Shown: piece by piece, positions 8,902 to 19,280 of the stretch
Layout: each line of letters begins with the position of its first letter
Numbering within the stretch: position 1 is the stretch's first letter
From: an uncultured Gemmataceae bacterium
GTDB lineage: Bacteria; Planctomycetota; Planctomycetia; Gemmatales; Gemmataceae
DNA: 64,000 nt
Reading direction: 5' to 3'
Assembly (NCBI GenBank): GCA_963750165.1
Contig: CAVVPN010000011.1
Coordinates: 576,001 to 640,000, forward strand
Position numbers and translations under genes: made by a program
The notes under the pieces: generated by a model
The model's input: only the letters and a program-made list of their open reading frames with translations
Database searches by the model: none
Told to the model about the DNA's origin: nothing

Positions 8902-9927
8902 GTGGACTACACCGACCTTATCATCACGTTCGCCAGCATCATCTACGAGGCCCTGCCCTTTATCGTGCTGGGCGTCGTGCTCGCCGGTTTGCTGGAAGAG
9001 TTCTTGCCCCAGCAACTGCTGGCGCGCCTCATCCCGCGCGGCAAGACGCTCATGGTCGGTGCCATTTGCCTGGGCGGCCTGCTCGGCCTGCTCTTCCCCA
9101 TGTGCGAGTGCGGTATCATCGCCGTCATGCGCCGATTGCTCCGCAAGGGCATCCCGCTCAGCGTCTGTGTCTGCTACATGCTCGCCGGGCCAATTATCAA
9201 CCTTGTCGTCATGATGAGCACCGCGGTCGCCTTCTCGGCCACCAAGGACAACGTGTTCGGCAACCCGTACATGGCCGTGATCCTGCGCTGCGGCATGGGC
9301 TACGTCGTGGCCGTGGTCGCCAGCCTGATCGTCGAACGGCAGCGGCGCAAGCACGGCATGAGTCTGCTCAAGCCCAGCCTGGTCGCCGAGACCCAGGGCG
9401 TCACCCGTGACGAGGACGCTCCGGGGCAGCGCAAAACCTTGATGATGCGCATCAACAACATCACCGCCACGGCGCTGAGCGACTTCGTGGACATCATGGC
9501 GTTCCTGGTCATCGGGGCGGCGCTGGCGTCGATGGGCCGGTTTTTCCTGACGCCCGCCCTCGCGGCTGGCTCGCACCCGGTGGTGAAAATCCTCATCATG
9601 ATGGGCTTCGCCTTCGTCTTCTGCCTGTGCAGCGAGGCGGACGCCTTTGTCGCGGCCAACTTCCAGCCGGTCGGCGCCTGGCCCGCGGCTTCCAAACTCG
9701 CTTTCCTGGTGCTCGGGCCGATGCTTGACATCAAGCTGTATCTGATGTACACGCGCGTCTTCCGCCACCGCCTCATCTGGACGATTGTGACGGCGGTGGT
9801 CCTGCAAGTGTTTGTGTTCTGCGTGCTGTTCCACTACCTCGACGAGGAGTTCCTGTTGATTGACCAGGCGAAACAGTATTTCCCAATCTCCGCTCCCGAA
9901 AAGACGGTGTCGCCCGGCACCGAATAG
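8902..9927 (+). CDS. DUF318 (YcgR/ArsP-like) permease
   Basis: EALPFIVLG, PMCECG, CLCSEADAFVA and GPMLDIK motifs. Confidence 0.9.
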   Translation: MDYTDLIITFASIIYEALPFIVLGVVLAGLLEEFLPQQLLARLIPRGKTLMVGAICLGGLLGLLFPMCECGIIAVMRRLLRKGIPLSVCVCYMLAGPIINLVVMMSTAVAFSATKDNVFGNPYMAVILRCGMGYVVAVVASLIVERQRRKHGMSLLKPSLVAETQGVTRDEDAPGQRKTLMMRINNITATALSDFVDIMAFLVIGAALASMGRFFLTPALAAGSHPVVKILIMMGFAFVFCLCSEADAFVAANFQPVGAWPAASKLAFLVLGPMLDIKLYLMYTRVFRHRLIWTIVTAVVLQVFVFCVLFHYLDEEFLLIDQAKQYFPISAPEKTVSPGTE

Positions 9928-9939
9928 GAGAACCCGTTC

Positions 9940-11264
9940 ATGGCAGCCCACGACCATCATCACGAAAATGACTCGTTTTACCTCGACCAGCTGTGCCTGA
10001 TCGGCATCAGCGGGGCCTTCGCCGCCATCTGTGTGACGCTCTACCTCGTCCGGCAAAACATGCTGCGGGCCATGTTCGGCCCCCTCGACCAGACGTGGTT
10101 TGGATGGTTCGTGTTCGTGAGCGGCATCATCCTGGCGGTGCTGGTGTTTTTCCGCGCCCTCGCAGTCTGGCGCTCGGTCGGCAACCCGGCCCTGCGCGGC
10201 ATGGGCCCCGAGCACGACCACGGCTTCGAACACCATGAAGCCATGCACCCGGACGAGCCCCACCATCACCACGAGCACGGCGTCTGCGACCACGGCCACG
10301 AGCACGGTCACCATCACCACGCCGAGGAAGGCATTCAGGCGGCCCCCTCCCCTGCCCAGGCCGGCGCCGTGCCGCACACCCACACCCACGACCACGGGCA
10401 TGATCACGGCCACGGACATGACCACGACCACGACGATCACGATCACGGCTGGGCGCCGTGGCGTTACGCAGTGCTGCTGGTGCCGGTGGCCCTGTTCCTG
10501 CTGGGGCTGCCGAACCAGGGCCGGGCGGTCAAGGCGCTGGAGAACGTGGACACCACGCAGGAGGCGATGAATGTGGCCACCTTCCTCGCCCTGGGCCCGA
10601 ACCCGTTGCTGCAGCTGACGCCCCTGGCCGCCGCCACGGGCGGCAATAACAATGAGACCCCCATTTACCTCAACGGCACGCTGAGTTCGTTCAGTGAACT
10701 GAAGCCGGACATGAAGGTGTTCCTCAAGCTGGCGCGCGGCAACGTGATCGGTGTGGGCGTGGAGGAAATCCGCGATAAGGCTTCGGCCCACGGCAAGAGC
10801 GGCCTGGTGCCGGCGGTCATCAAGGCGGTCCACCCCGAGGACCGCAGCGTCACCCTGGAGCTGGACCGGGACGGCAGCAAGCAGACCGAGCGTGTGGATC
10901 TGCGCAGGGGCCGGTGTACGGCATGGACTTCAAGACGCTGGAAGCACTGGCCGCCAATGAGATCCAGCGGAAAAAATGGGAGGGCAAGGCGGTCCAGGTC
11001 GTCGGTCAGTACGCGCCGAAGGGAGATCGCTACTTCGGCCTGGCCCGGATGCGCATCCAGTGCTGCGGGGCCGACGCGGTGCAGCTCAATGTGCCCATTT
11101 TGTCGCGCGAGCCGATCCGCGGCTTCGCGGCCAACGACTGGATTCAGGTGACCGGCCGCGTGGAGTTCCGCCAGCAGGGCGGTCGCTGGAACACCGTGCT
11201 GCTCGTCAACCGCCGCGATCAGGTGCGACCCGCGCCGCCAGAGCCGGATATTTACATCCGCTGA
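9940..11264 (+). CDS. DUF1980/TIGR03943 (YcgQ-like) membrane protein with His-rich loop; apparent frameshift near 10905-10910
   Basis: TM helices and a His-rich linker. The C-terminal GKAVQVVG...CCGADA...DWIQVTG segment is in a shifted frame. It follows the DUF318 gene as expected. Confidence 0.8.
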
Positions 11265-11294
11265 CCGCGGGGACTGAGGAACCGGAGCGATTTT

Positions 11295-11326
11295 ACCGGG
11301 GCGCCGGCGGCGCCCCGGTTTTTTTT
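11295..11326 (+). terminator. Intrinsic terminator
   Basis: accggggcgcc-ggc-ggcgccccggt followed by a T run. Confidence 0.8.
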
Positions 11327-11448
11327 GCCCAGCCTGTTGCTCTTGCACGGTCGGCGACGGCATAATACAAGAAGTGCCGGCGCCTGCCTGCCGCCGACCA
11401 CCCCCCGTGATGACGCGACCCCGAAGTTCGTTTTCAGGAGATGTGCTG

Positions 11449-12678
11449 ATGGCTGCCGTGCGCTTTGGCCGTTTGGCGGCGGTGCTGGCCGGGTTCGGGC
11501 TCCTTGGGGCCCTGGCGCTGGCCCCCAACCGGGCGGAGGCCTGTCCCTTCTGCTCGGCGGAATCCAAGGGCCCGACGCTGGTCGGCGACTTCAACCAGGC
11601 CACCATCGTGCTGGTGGGCACCTTCAGCAACCCCCGGCGCATCGGCGGCCGGGGCGACCTGGAGAGCGGCTTGACGGACTTCACCATCAACCAGTGCCTC
11701 AAGGGCGGCAACCACGAACTGGTCAAGGGCAAGACCGTCATCGTCCTGCCGCGGTACCTGCCATCGACCAGGAGCAAGTTCGTCATCTTCTGCGACGTGT
11801 ACAAGAACACCATCGACCCCTTACGCGGCGTTGAGTTGTCGGCCCAGAGCGACCTGGTGAACTACCTGATGAAGTCACTGGCGCTGAAGGACCGGCCCCT
11901 GAGCGAGCGACTGCGGCACTGCTTCAACTACCTCGACAGCGCCGACCCGGAGGTGTCGCTCGACGCCTACCGCGAGTTCGCGGCGGCCGACTACGCCGAC
12001 TATCGCGACATGGCGAAGAAGCTGCCGGCGGACAAAATCGCCGGCTGGCTGAAGGACGAGAAGACGCCGGCATACCGCTACGGTCTGTATGCCTCGCTGC
12101 TGGGCCTGTGCGGCGACAGCAAGAAGCACGGCGACCTGCTGCGCAGCATGGTGGACGACCCCAAGAAGCGCACCGGCTCCGGCATTGAGGGCCTGATGGC
12201 CGGTATGCTCATGCTGCAACCGAAACAGGGCTGGACCTACCTGGAGAACATCCTGAAGGACGAGAAGGAAGAGTTCCTGGTGCGCTACGCCGCGTTGACG
12301 ACGCTGCGGTTTTTCTGGAGCACGCGGCCGGACGTGTTCCCGAGGGAGCGACTGGCCCAGGGCGTTTGTCTGTCGCTGGTCCACAGCGACATGGCCGACT
12401 TCGCCATTGAGGATCTGCGCAAGTGGCACCGCTGGGAGTTGACGCCGCGGGTGCTGGGGCTGTTCACCCAGGAGTCGCATGACTTGCCGGTGGTCAAGCG
12501 GGCGATTCTGCGCTTCGCCCTGCAGGCAGCCAAGGAAGGCAAGAACCGCGAGGCCCAGGCGTTCGTGGACGCACAGACGAAACTGAATCCGGAGATGGTG
12601 AACGACACCTGGGAGCTGCTGCGGATCGACCTCGAAGCGACGCCGCCGGAAGCCACGCCGGCGCCCGTGAAGAAGTGA
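11449..12678 (+). CDS. Secreted hypothetical protein with CxxC at the mature N-terminus and a helical-repeat C-terminus
   Basis: AGGAG RBS, signal peptide ending AEA|CPFC. Paralog of 12800. Confidence 0.8.
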   Translation: MAAVRFGRLAAVLAGFGLLGALALAPNRAEACPFCSAESKGPTLVGDFNQATIVLVGTFSNPRRIGGRGDLESGLTDFTINQCLKGGNHELVKGKTVIVLPRYLPSTRSKFVIFCDVYKNTIDPLRGVELSAQSDLVNYLMKSLALKDRPLSERLRHCFNYLDSADPEVSLDAYREFAAADYADYRDMAKKLPADKIAGWLKDEKTPAYRYGLYASLLGLCGDSKKHGDLLRSMVDDPKKRTGSGIEGLMAGMLMLQPKQGWTYLENILKDEKEEFLVRYAALTTLRFFWSTRPDVFPRERLAQGVCLSLVHSDMADFAIEDLRKWHRWELTPRVLGLFTQESHDLPVVKRAILRFALQAAKEGKNREAQAFVDAQTKLNPEMVNDTWELLRIDLEATPPEATPAPVKK

Positions 12679-12700
12679 CCTGGTCTTTTATCGTCGGGTT

Positions 12701-12765
12701 CGAGCGGCGCGGCGTCAGGCCGCCGGTACTGCGATGTTACCGGCGGCCTGACGCCGCGCCGCTCG
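12701..12765. repeat. REP-like palindrome family A, copy 1
   Basis: cgagcggcgcggcgtcaggccgccggt...accggcggcctgacgccgcgccgctcg. Confidence 0.9.
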
Positions 12766-12799
12766 CCCAGAGCAAACGCCCGAACAGAAGGAGAAGTGC

Positions 12800-13969
12800 A
12801 TGACGCGCTCACTCTGGCCGGCCCTGGGATTGCTGCTGCTCGCGCTGCCCTGCCCTGCCCCGGCGTGCAGCCTCTGCGGCTCGCTGCGCGACAAGCTGAC
12901 GTTTCGACAGGAGGTCCAGCAGGCGGTCGTGGTGCTCTACGGCACCGCCGCCAACCCGCGCTTCGACAACGACCCGAAAGCCCCGCCCGGCGCCGGCAGC
13001 ACGGACTTCCACATCCGCGCCGTCCTCAAGTCGGCCCCAATCCTGGGCGAGCAGAAAAGCATCGTCCTGCCGCGCTACCTCCCCGTGCTCAACCCCAAGG
13101 ATCCGCCGCGCTTCGTGGTTTTTTGCAGCGTCCGCGAAGGCAAGCTCTTCGCCTATGAGGGCCGCACCGTCAAATCGGAAGCCCTGCTGAAGTACCTCGA
13201 AGAAGCGAAGGCCATCCAGGGTAAGGACCGCACCACCGCCCTGCTCTTCTACTTCCGCTACCTCGACCACGAGGACGACGTGATTGCCCAGGATGCGTTC
13301 CTGGAGTTCGCCCGCTCGTCGGACCAGGAAATCGGCCAGGTCGCCAAACATCTGCCCGCGGACAAACTGCGGCAACTGCTGGCCAACCCGAAAACGCCCT
13401 CGGAGCGCATCGGCCTGTATGCGTTCCTGCTCGGCGCGGTCGGCGGCGACCAGGACGCGGCGTTCCTCAAGGCCATGATTGACCGGCCGACCGAGCGCAA
13501 TGTGAACGCCCTCGACGGGCTGCTGTCCGGCTACATCCATCTGCGCGGCCGCGCCGGCTGGGATGTGGTGGTGGCGTTACTGGCGGACTCGAAACGGAAT
13601 TACAACGAGCGTTTCGCCGCGGCCCGAACGCTGCGCTTTTACCAGTCGTGGAAGCCAGCGGAGGCGAAGGAGCACATCCTGCGCGGCCTGGCGGTGCTGG
13701 TCGCGGACGGCGAGTTGGCGGACATGGGCATCGAGGATTTACGCAAGAACAAAATCTGGGATCTCACCGACCTGGTGCTGGCCCAGTATAGCAAGGCCAG
13801 TCACAACACGCCGATCATCCAGCAGGCCATTGTCCGCTACGCCCTGGACTGCGCCGCGCAGAAAGGGCCGGCCCGCGCCGCCGCGTTCGTCGAGCAGGTG
13901 CGCCGTCAGAACGCCGACCTCGTCCGCCAGGCGGAAGAAGCGCTGGCATTCGAGAAACAGAATCCCTGA
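12800..13969 (+). CDS. Secreted hypothetical protein, paralog of 11449
   Basis: Signal peptide ending APA|CSLC. Shares IVLPRYLP, DAF.EFA, GLYA.LLG and IEDLRK with the 11449 protein. Confidence 0.8.
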   Translation: MTRSLWPALGLLLLALPCPAPACSLCGSLRDKLTFRQEVQQAVVVLYGTAANPRFDNDPKAPPGAGSTDFHIRAVLKSAPILGEQKSIVLPRYLPVLNPKDPPRFVVFCSVREGKLFAYEGRTVKSEALLKYLEEAKAIQGKDRTTALLFYFRYLDHEDDVIAQDAFLEFARSSDQEIGQVAKHLPADKLRQLLANPKTPSERIGLYAFLLGAVGGDQDAAFLKAMIDRPTERNVNALDGLLSGYIHLRGRAGWDVVVALLADSKRNYNERFAAARTLRFYQSWKPAEAKEHILRGLAVLVADGELADMGIEDLRKNKIWDLTDLVLAQYSKASHNTPIIQQAIVRYALDCAAQKGPARAAAFVEQVRRQNADLVRQAEEALAFEKQNP

Positions 13970-13992
13970 CCTTTCGCACTGGGTTGTCGTTC

Positions 13993-15483
13993 ATGCCGTT
14001 CACCGTGCAGTTTGCTCCCCTGGCCGAGGTCGCGGCCGACTGGCTCATCGTGATCGTTCCCGAGGACGAGGCGCCGTTCGGCTCACTCGCCGAGCTGGAC
14101 GCCCGGTTGGAGGGGGCACTGTCCAGGCTCAAGCAGGCCGGCGATCTGACCGGCAAAGCGCTGGAAATCACCACCCTGTTTGACCGCCCGGGCATGGCCG
14201 CGCGGCGGCTGTTGCTGGTCGGGCTCGGCAAGCGCGACAAGGCCGACCGGGCGGCGCTCACCAGCGCTGCCGCGGCTGCGGCGCTGGCCGTCACGGACAA
14301 ACAGCACCAGCGTGTCGCCCTGGCGCTGCCGGAGAACGAACCGCACCTGGACTGGGCGGCGGTGACGCTGGCGGTCGGCGTCGGTCTGATGCAGGGCAGC
14401 CAGGGCTCCGGCATCCGCAAGAGCAAGGCAACGCGCTTCACGCCGCGCGAAGTGGTGTTGGTGGCGCCACCGACGGCGCCGGCCGCGGAGATCCAGCAGG
14501 CGGCCCACCGTGCCGGCGTCGAGGCACGGGCCGTGACGCTGGCCCGGGAGCTGATCAACACTCCCCCCAACGAACTCTATCCCGAAACCTTCGCGGCCCG
14601 CGCCCAGCAGGTCGCCCAGGCTGTCGGCGTCGAGTGCGTTGTCTGGGACGAGCGGCAGCTGGAGGCGGAGCACATGGGCGCGCTGCTTGGCGTCGCCCGC
14701 GGCTCCGACCGGCCGCCGCGCTTCGTGGCGCTGCGCTACCGCCACGGCGGCGGCGAACGCACGCTGGGCCTGGTCGGCAAGGGCGTGACCTTCGACAGCG
14801 GTGGCCTGTCGCTGAAGCCGACCGATGGCATGCTCGACATGAAGTGCGACATGGCCGGCGCCGCCACGGTGCTGGCCGCGGTGCAGGCGCTCGCGGAGAT
14901 GCAGGCGCCGGTGAACGTGCTGGGCGTGATGCCATTGGTGGAGAACATGCCCAGCGGCAAGGCGCTCAAACTCGGCGACGTGCTCCGCGCGCGCAGCGGC
15001 AAGACCATCGAGATTCACAACACTGACGCGGAGGGCCGGTTGATCCTGGCGGACGCGCTAGCCTACGCGGTTGAGCAGAAGGTCGATCATCTGGTGGACC
15101 TGGCGACACTGACCGGCGCGTGCCTGGTGGCGCTGGGCACGGACGTGGCGGGGCTGATGACGAACAACGAGGCCTGGGCGGAGCAGGTGCGGTCGGCGGC
15201 GGCGCGCTGCGGCGAGCTGGTGTGGCCGTTGCCGATGTTCCCGCACTACGCCGAGCTAATCAAGAGCAAGGTCGCGGACATCAAGAACACGGGCGGCACG
15301 CGCTGGGGCGGCGCCATCACCGCGGCGAAGTTTCTGGAGGAGTTCGTCAACGGCGTGCCGTGGGTGCATCTGGACATCGCCGGGCCGGCATGGGCCGAAC
15401 ACGAAGGGCCAACACGCGAGGCCGGCGGCACCGGGACGTATGTGCGGACGCTGGTGGAACTGGCGCTAGCTTATGGGAAATGA
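13993..15483 (+). CDS. pepA: Leucyl aminopeptidase (M17)
   Basis: VGKGVTFDSGG, MKCDMAG, NTDAEGRL and HLDIAG motifs. Confidence 0.96.
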   Translation: MPFTVQFAPLAEVAADWLIVIVPEDEAPFGSLAELDARLEGALSRLKQAGDLTGKALEITTLFDRPGMAARRLLLVGLGKRDKADRAALTSAAAAAALAVTDKQHQRVALALPENEPHLDWAAVTLAVGVGLMQGSQGSGIRKSKATRFTPREVVLVAPPTAPAAEIQQAAHRAGVEARAVTLARELINTPPNELYPETFAARAQQVAQAVGVECVVWDERQLEAEHMGALLGVARGSDRPPRFVALRYRHGGGERTLGLVGKGVTFDSGGLSLKPTDGMLDMKCDMAGAATVLAAVQALAEMQAPVNVLGVMPLVENMPSGKALKLGDVLRARSGKTIEIHNTDAEGRLILADALAYAVEQKVDHLVDLATLTGACLVALGTDVAGLMTNNEAWAEQVRSAAARCGELVWPLPMFPHYAELIKSKVADIKNTGGTRWGGAITAAKFLEEFVNGVPWVHLDIAGPAWAEHEGPTREAGGTGTYVRTLVELALAYGK

Positions 15484-15606
15484 AAAGACGAATCACGAAA
15501 ACACGAAAAAAGACAGAAAAATTGATAAATCAGAGTTGAAGTCTACCGTCGAGGATCTGATTACTCACTCTTTCTGTCTTTTTCGTGTTTTCGTGATTCG
15601 TCTTTT
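15483..15606. repeat. Long inverted repeat with purine-rich periodic arms between convergent genes
   Basis: aaaagacgaatcacgaaaacacgaaaaaagacagaaa and its reverse complement. Confidence 0.85.
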
Positions 15607-16464
15607 TTACTTCCGCTTCAACTGAGCTGTGGGAATCACCCACAAATCCATGCCGCCCTTGCCGCCGGGCCGATCCGATGCGAAATACAGCTTCCTGTCG
15701 TCGGCGCTCAGGCTCGGGCAGGTGTCGCCGCGCGGCCCCTCCGAGTGATTCAGCGCCGTCAGCGGTTCCGGGTTCGACCACTTCGCACCGACCTTCGCCC
15801 GCTTGCTGACGAACAGGCCCCAGCGCTCCTTTGCCAGCGGCCCCTGCAAATACATCATTAGACCGTTGCTGCTCACGGTGGCGTGATGGAAGCCGGCCGC
15901 AAAGCCCACCTCATCGTCGTCCCTGACCGGCCCCGGCACCGGTCCCTTGGCGACGAACTGTTTCCAGCCATCCTTCGTCTTGCGGCTGAAATAAAACTCC
16001 CGGCCGTTGGCGGTGATCCACGGGTGCAGTTCGTCCATCCGGGTGCTGATGCCCAGCAGCGGCAGCGCCGCCCGCGTACCTTCCTTCATCTTCAGGTCAT
16101 AATTTTTGGCCTTCGCGAACTTCGCGTCCGGCACCGCGTTGGTGGCGAAGTAAAGCACGCGCTCCTTCGTAAAGAACGGGCTGCGCGAGTCGGCGTCCTT
16201 GCTATTGGTCTGAGTGAGCGGCTTGCCCGCCGGCCAGGTCGTGCCGCTGCGTGTGGACGCGAACAGGTTGAAATAACCGCTGCTGTTGGCGGCGTAAAGC
16301 AAATACTTGCCGTCCGCCGTGGCGAACGGATCGACCTCATCGGCGGCGGTGTTGATCCTGTCGAGGTTGACCGGCTTGAGTTTGCTGTCGTCGCCGGCCG
16401 GCGTCGTCGGCACCGTCGTCAGCAGCGACACCAACGTCAGCACCGCGACAAGGAATCGGCACAT
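15607..16464 (-). CDS. Secreted PD40/TolB-like beta-propeller protein
   Basis: Signal peptide, repeats INTAADEVDPFATADG and PSLSADDRKLYFASDRPGGKGGMDLW. Confidence 0.82.
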   Translation of the reverse strand: MCRFLVAVLTLVSLLTTVPTTPAGDDSKLKPVNLDRINTAADEVDPFATADGKYLLYAANSSGYFNLFASTRSGTTWPAGKPLTQTNSKDADSRSPFFTKERVLYFATNAVPDAKFAKAKNYDLKMKEGTRAALPLLGISTRMDELHPWITANGREFYFSRKTKDGWKQFVAKGPVPGPVRDDDEVGFAAGFHHATVSSNGLMMYLQGPLAKERWGLFVSKRAKVGAKWSNPEPLTALNHSEGPRGDTCPSLSADDRKLYFASDRPGGKGGMDLWVIPTAQLKRK

Positions 16465-16719
16465 CGGGGCACACTCCCGGAAGGTTTTTGAGGTTCGTTC
16501 CTGTTCGTTGGACGCCAGGGCGCGGCCGTTGGTTTCCGATTCGCCCCGCGGCGGCGGTCAGGGATACCCTTCACATCCTGCCCGCAGGCGCCCTGATCTT
16601 CAATCCCATTCGCCAGGAATTGCTTACCCCCAAGCAAACTTTTCAGCTGGTGGTCCGTCTTGTTAATGTCCGAAGAGTTGGCTTCATCAGGTTTTCTAAT
16701 TTTGAAGGAGGACACGAGA

Positions 16720-17949
16720 ATGCGTCGCACGCTGACAGGACTGATGGCCGGTGCCCTGCTGATCGGGGCCGCGGCGGGGGCCGGCGCCCAGCAGGCCGGC
16801 GGCAAGCCCCAGGACGTGGCGAACGTGGTCAAGGGCAACGATGCGTTCGCCTTTGACCTGTACGGACAGCTGGCGAAAAAGGACGGCAACCTGTTCTTTT
16901 CGCCGTACAGCATCTCGACGGCGCTGGCGATGACCTATGGCGGCGCCCGCGGCCAGACCGCCGTGGACATGGCCAAAACGCTGCACTTCACGCTGTCGCC
17001 GGACGAACTGCACGCCGCCTACGGCAAGCTGCGCCACCAGATCAACGACGGCAAGGACCGCAAGTATCAGCTGTACACGGTGAATCGTCTGTGGGGCCAG
17101 CGCGATTACCAGTTCCAGCCGGCCTTCCTGAACCTGACGCGCGACCACTACGGTGCCGGTCTCGAAGAGGTCGATTTCGTCGGCGCCCGCGCCCAGGCCC
17201 GCAAGACCATCAACGACTGGGTCGCGAAGCAGACGCAGGACAAGATCAAGGACCTGGTCCCGGCAAAAGCGCTCAGCGTGGACACGCGGCTGGTGCTGAC
17301 CAACGCCATCTACTTCAAGGCGGCGTGGTCCCGGATCTTCCACGACGGGGCCACCCAAAAGGGGAAGTTCCATCTGAACGGCAAGGACACCGTCACCGCG
17401 CCGTTCATGCACAAGGACGAGCACCTGCCGTACTTCGCCAACGACCAGTTCCAGGCCGTGAGCGTGCCGTATGAGAACGGCCAGCTCAATTTGGTGGTCC
17501 TGCTGCCGCGCAGCGCCAACGGCCTCCGCGACCTGGAGAAGCAGCTCAGCGCCGCCCGCCTGGCGGAGTGGCGCGGCAAGATGAAGTGGACCAACGTCCG
17601 GCTGGCGCTGCCGAAGTTCAAGTTCACCTCGACGTTCAACCTGAACGAGGTGCTGTCCGACCTGGGCATGGCGAACGCCTTTTCGGACAAGGCCGACTTC
17701 AGCGGCATGACGACGCAGAACAAGCTGCACATCTCGAACGTCATTCACAAGGCGTTTATCGACGTGCATGAGAAGGGCACCGAGGCGGCCGCGGCCACCG
17801 CGGTCGTCATGGACAAGGAGGCCAGCGCCGTGCAGCCGACGCCGCCGCAGCCGTTCCGCGCCGACCGGCCCTTCGTCTTCCTGATCCAGGAGGCGCGTAC
17901 CGGCAGCATCCTCTTCGCCGGCCGCGTCGCCAACCCGGTCGCCGAGTAA
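16720..17949 (+). CDS. Secreted serpin 1
   Basis: NLFFSPYSIS, LVLTNAIYFK, hinge EKGTEAAAATAV and FRADRPF. Signal peptide present. Confidence 0.95.
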   Translation: MRRTLTGLMAGALLIGAAAGAGAQQAGGKPQDVANVVKGNDAFAFDLYGQLAKKDGNLFFSPYSISTALAMTYGGARGQTAVDMAKTLHFTLSPDELHAAYGKLRHQINDGKDRKYQLYTVNRLWGQRDYQFQPAFLNLTRDHYGAGLEEVDFVGARAQARKTINDWVAKQTQDKIKDLVPAKALSVDTRLVLTNAIYFKAAWSRIFHDGATQKGKFHLNGKDTVTAPFMHKDEHLPYFANDQFQAVSVPYENGQLNLVVLLPRSANGLRDLEKQLSAARLAEWRGKMKWTNVRLALPKFKFTSTFNLNEVLSDLGMANAFSDKADFSGMTTQNKLHISNVIHKAFIDVHEKGTEAAAATAVVMDKEASAVQPTPPQPFRADRPFVFLIQEARTGSILFAGRVANPVAE

Positions 17950-17959
17950 AACATCCCCT

Positions 17960-17994
17960 GCCCCGGGGCCGGTTCGCGGAACCGGCCCCGGGGC
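17960..17994. terminator. 16-bp stem-loop between serpins 1 and 2
   Basis: gccccggggccggttc-gcg-gaaccggccccggggc followed by gatccttttc. Confidence 0.55.
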
Positions 17995-18020
17995 GATCCT
18001 TTCTTGCCCCGAGGTGACCC

Positions 18021-19253
18021 ATGCGACTGACTGCTGGCATGCTGCTCGCCGGCGCCGCGGCGCTGGCCCTGACCGGCCGCGGCGCCGGCCAACCGCCGGC
18101 CCAGGTCCCGCTCGTCCCGAAAGCGGTCGTGGACGGCAACACCGCCTTCGCCTTCGACCTGTACGGCCGGCTGGCGAAGCAGGACGGCAACCTGTTCTAT
18201 TCGCCCTACAGCATCTCGACGGCGCTGGCGATGACCTACGCCGGCGCCCGCGGCCAGACCGAAACGGCCATGAGCCGCACGCTGCACTTCACGCTGCCCC
18301 AGGCGGAGCTGCACCCCGCCTTCGCCGGCCTGATGCGGCACGTGAATGACGACCGTAAGGACCGCAAGTTTCAGCTGGTCACGGCGAACCGGCTCTGGGG
18401 CCAACAGGGATATTCGTTCCTGAAGGACTTCCTGAAGCTGACGCACGACCAGTACGGCGCCGGCCTGGAGGAGGTCGATTACATCGCCGCCCGGGAACAG
18501 GCCCGGCAGAAGATCAACGCCTGGGTCGAGAAGCAGACCCGGGAGAAGATCAAGGACCTGGTGCCGCTCGAGGCGCTCGACGAGCAGACCCGGCTGGTGC
18601 TGACCAACGCCATTTATTTCAAGGCGTCCTGGGCCAACGCCTTCCCGGAAGGGGCGACGTTCAAGGACAAGTTCCGCCTGGCCGGCGGCGGCACGGTCGA
18701 GGCGCCGTTCATGCTCAAGACCGAGCGCCTGCCGTATTTCGACAACGACCAGTTCCAGGCGGTCCTCATCCCGTATGAGCACGGCCAGCTGTACATGACC
18801 ATCCTGCTGCCGCGGCAGCCCAACGGCCTGGCGGAACTGGAAAAGCAGTTGACCGCCGCCCGCCTCAAGGAGTGGCAGGGCAAGCTGGCGCTGGCGAACG
18901 TGACGCTGACGCTGCCGAAGTTCAAGTTCACCTCGACGTTCAACCTCAAGCAGGTGCTGACCGACATGGGCATGGGCGTCGCCTTCTCGAAGGCGGCGGC
19001 CGACTTCAGCGGCATGACCGACACCAAGAAGCTCTACATTTCCGAGGTGATCCACAAGGCGTTCGTGGACGTGCATGAATCGGGCACCGAGGCGGCGGCG
19101 GCCACCGCCGTCATCATGAAAGGGAAGTCCAGGCCGCCGCAATTGCCGGAGCGCACCGTCCGCGCCGACCGGCCCTTCGTCTTCCTGATCCAGGAGGCGC
19201 GCACCGGCAGCGTCCTCTTCGCCGGTCGCGTCGCCAACCCGGTCGCCAAGTAA
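18021..19253 (+). CDS. Secreted serpin 2
   Basis: Same serpin motifs; reactive loop ESGTEAAAATAVIMKGKSRPP. Confidence 0.95.
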   Translation: MRLTAGMLLAGAAALALTGRGAGQPPAQVPLVPKAVVDGNTAFAFDLYGRLAKQDGNLFYSPYSISTALAMTYAGARGQTETAMSRTLHFTLPQAELHPAFAGLMRHVNDDRKDRKFQLVTANRLWGQQGYSFLKDFLKLTHDQYGAGLEEVDYIAAREQARQKINAWVEKQTREKIKDLVPLEALDEQTRLVLTNAIYFKASWANAFPEGATFKDKFRLAGGGTVEAPFMLKTERLPYFDNDQFQAVLIPYEHGQLYMTILLPRQPNGLAELEKQLTAARLKEWQGKLALANVTLTLPKFKFTSTFNLKQVLTDMGMGVAFSKAAADFSGMTDTKKLYISEVIHKAFVDVHESGTEAAAATAVIMKGKSRPPQLPERTVRADRPFVFLIQEARTGSVLFAGRVANPVAK

Positions 19254-19280
19254 AATAACCCCTGTCCCCGGAGGTGATTC

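Noticed and set aside
7543..10833. 1096-aa minus-strand ORF, and similar long antisense ORFs such as 17745-20417 and 54340-55821
   Set aside because: These are shadow frames of well-supported opposite-strand genes in high-GC DNA and carry no recognisable motifs.
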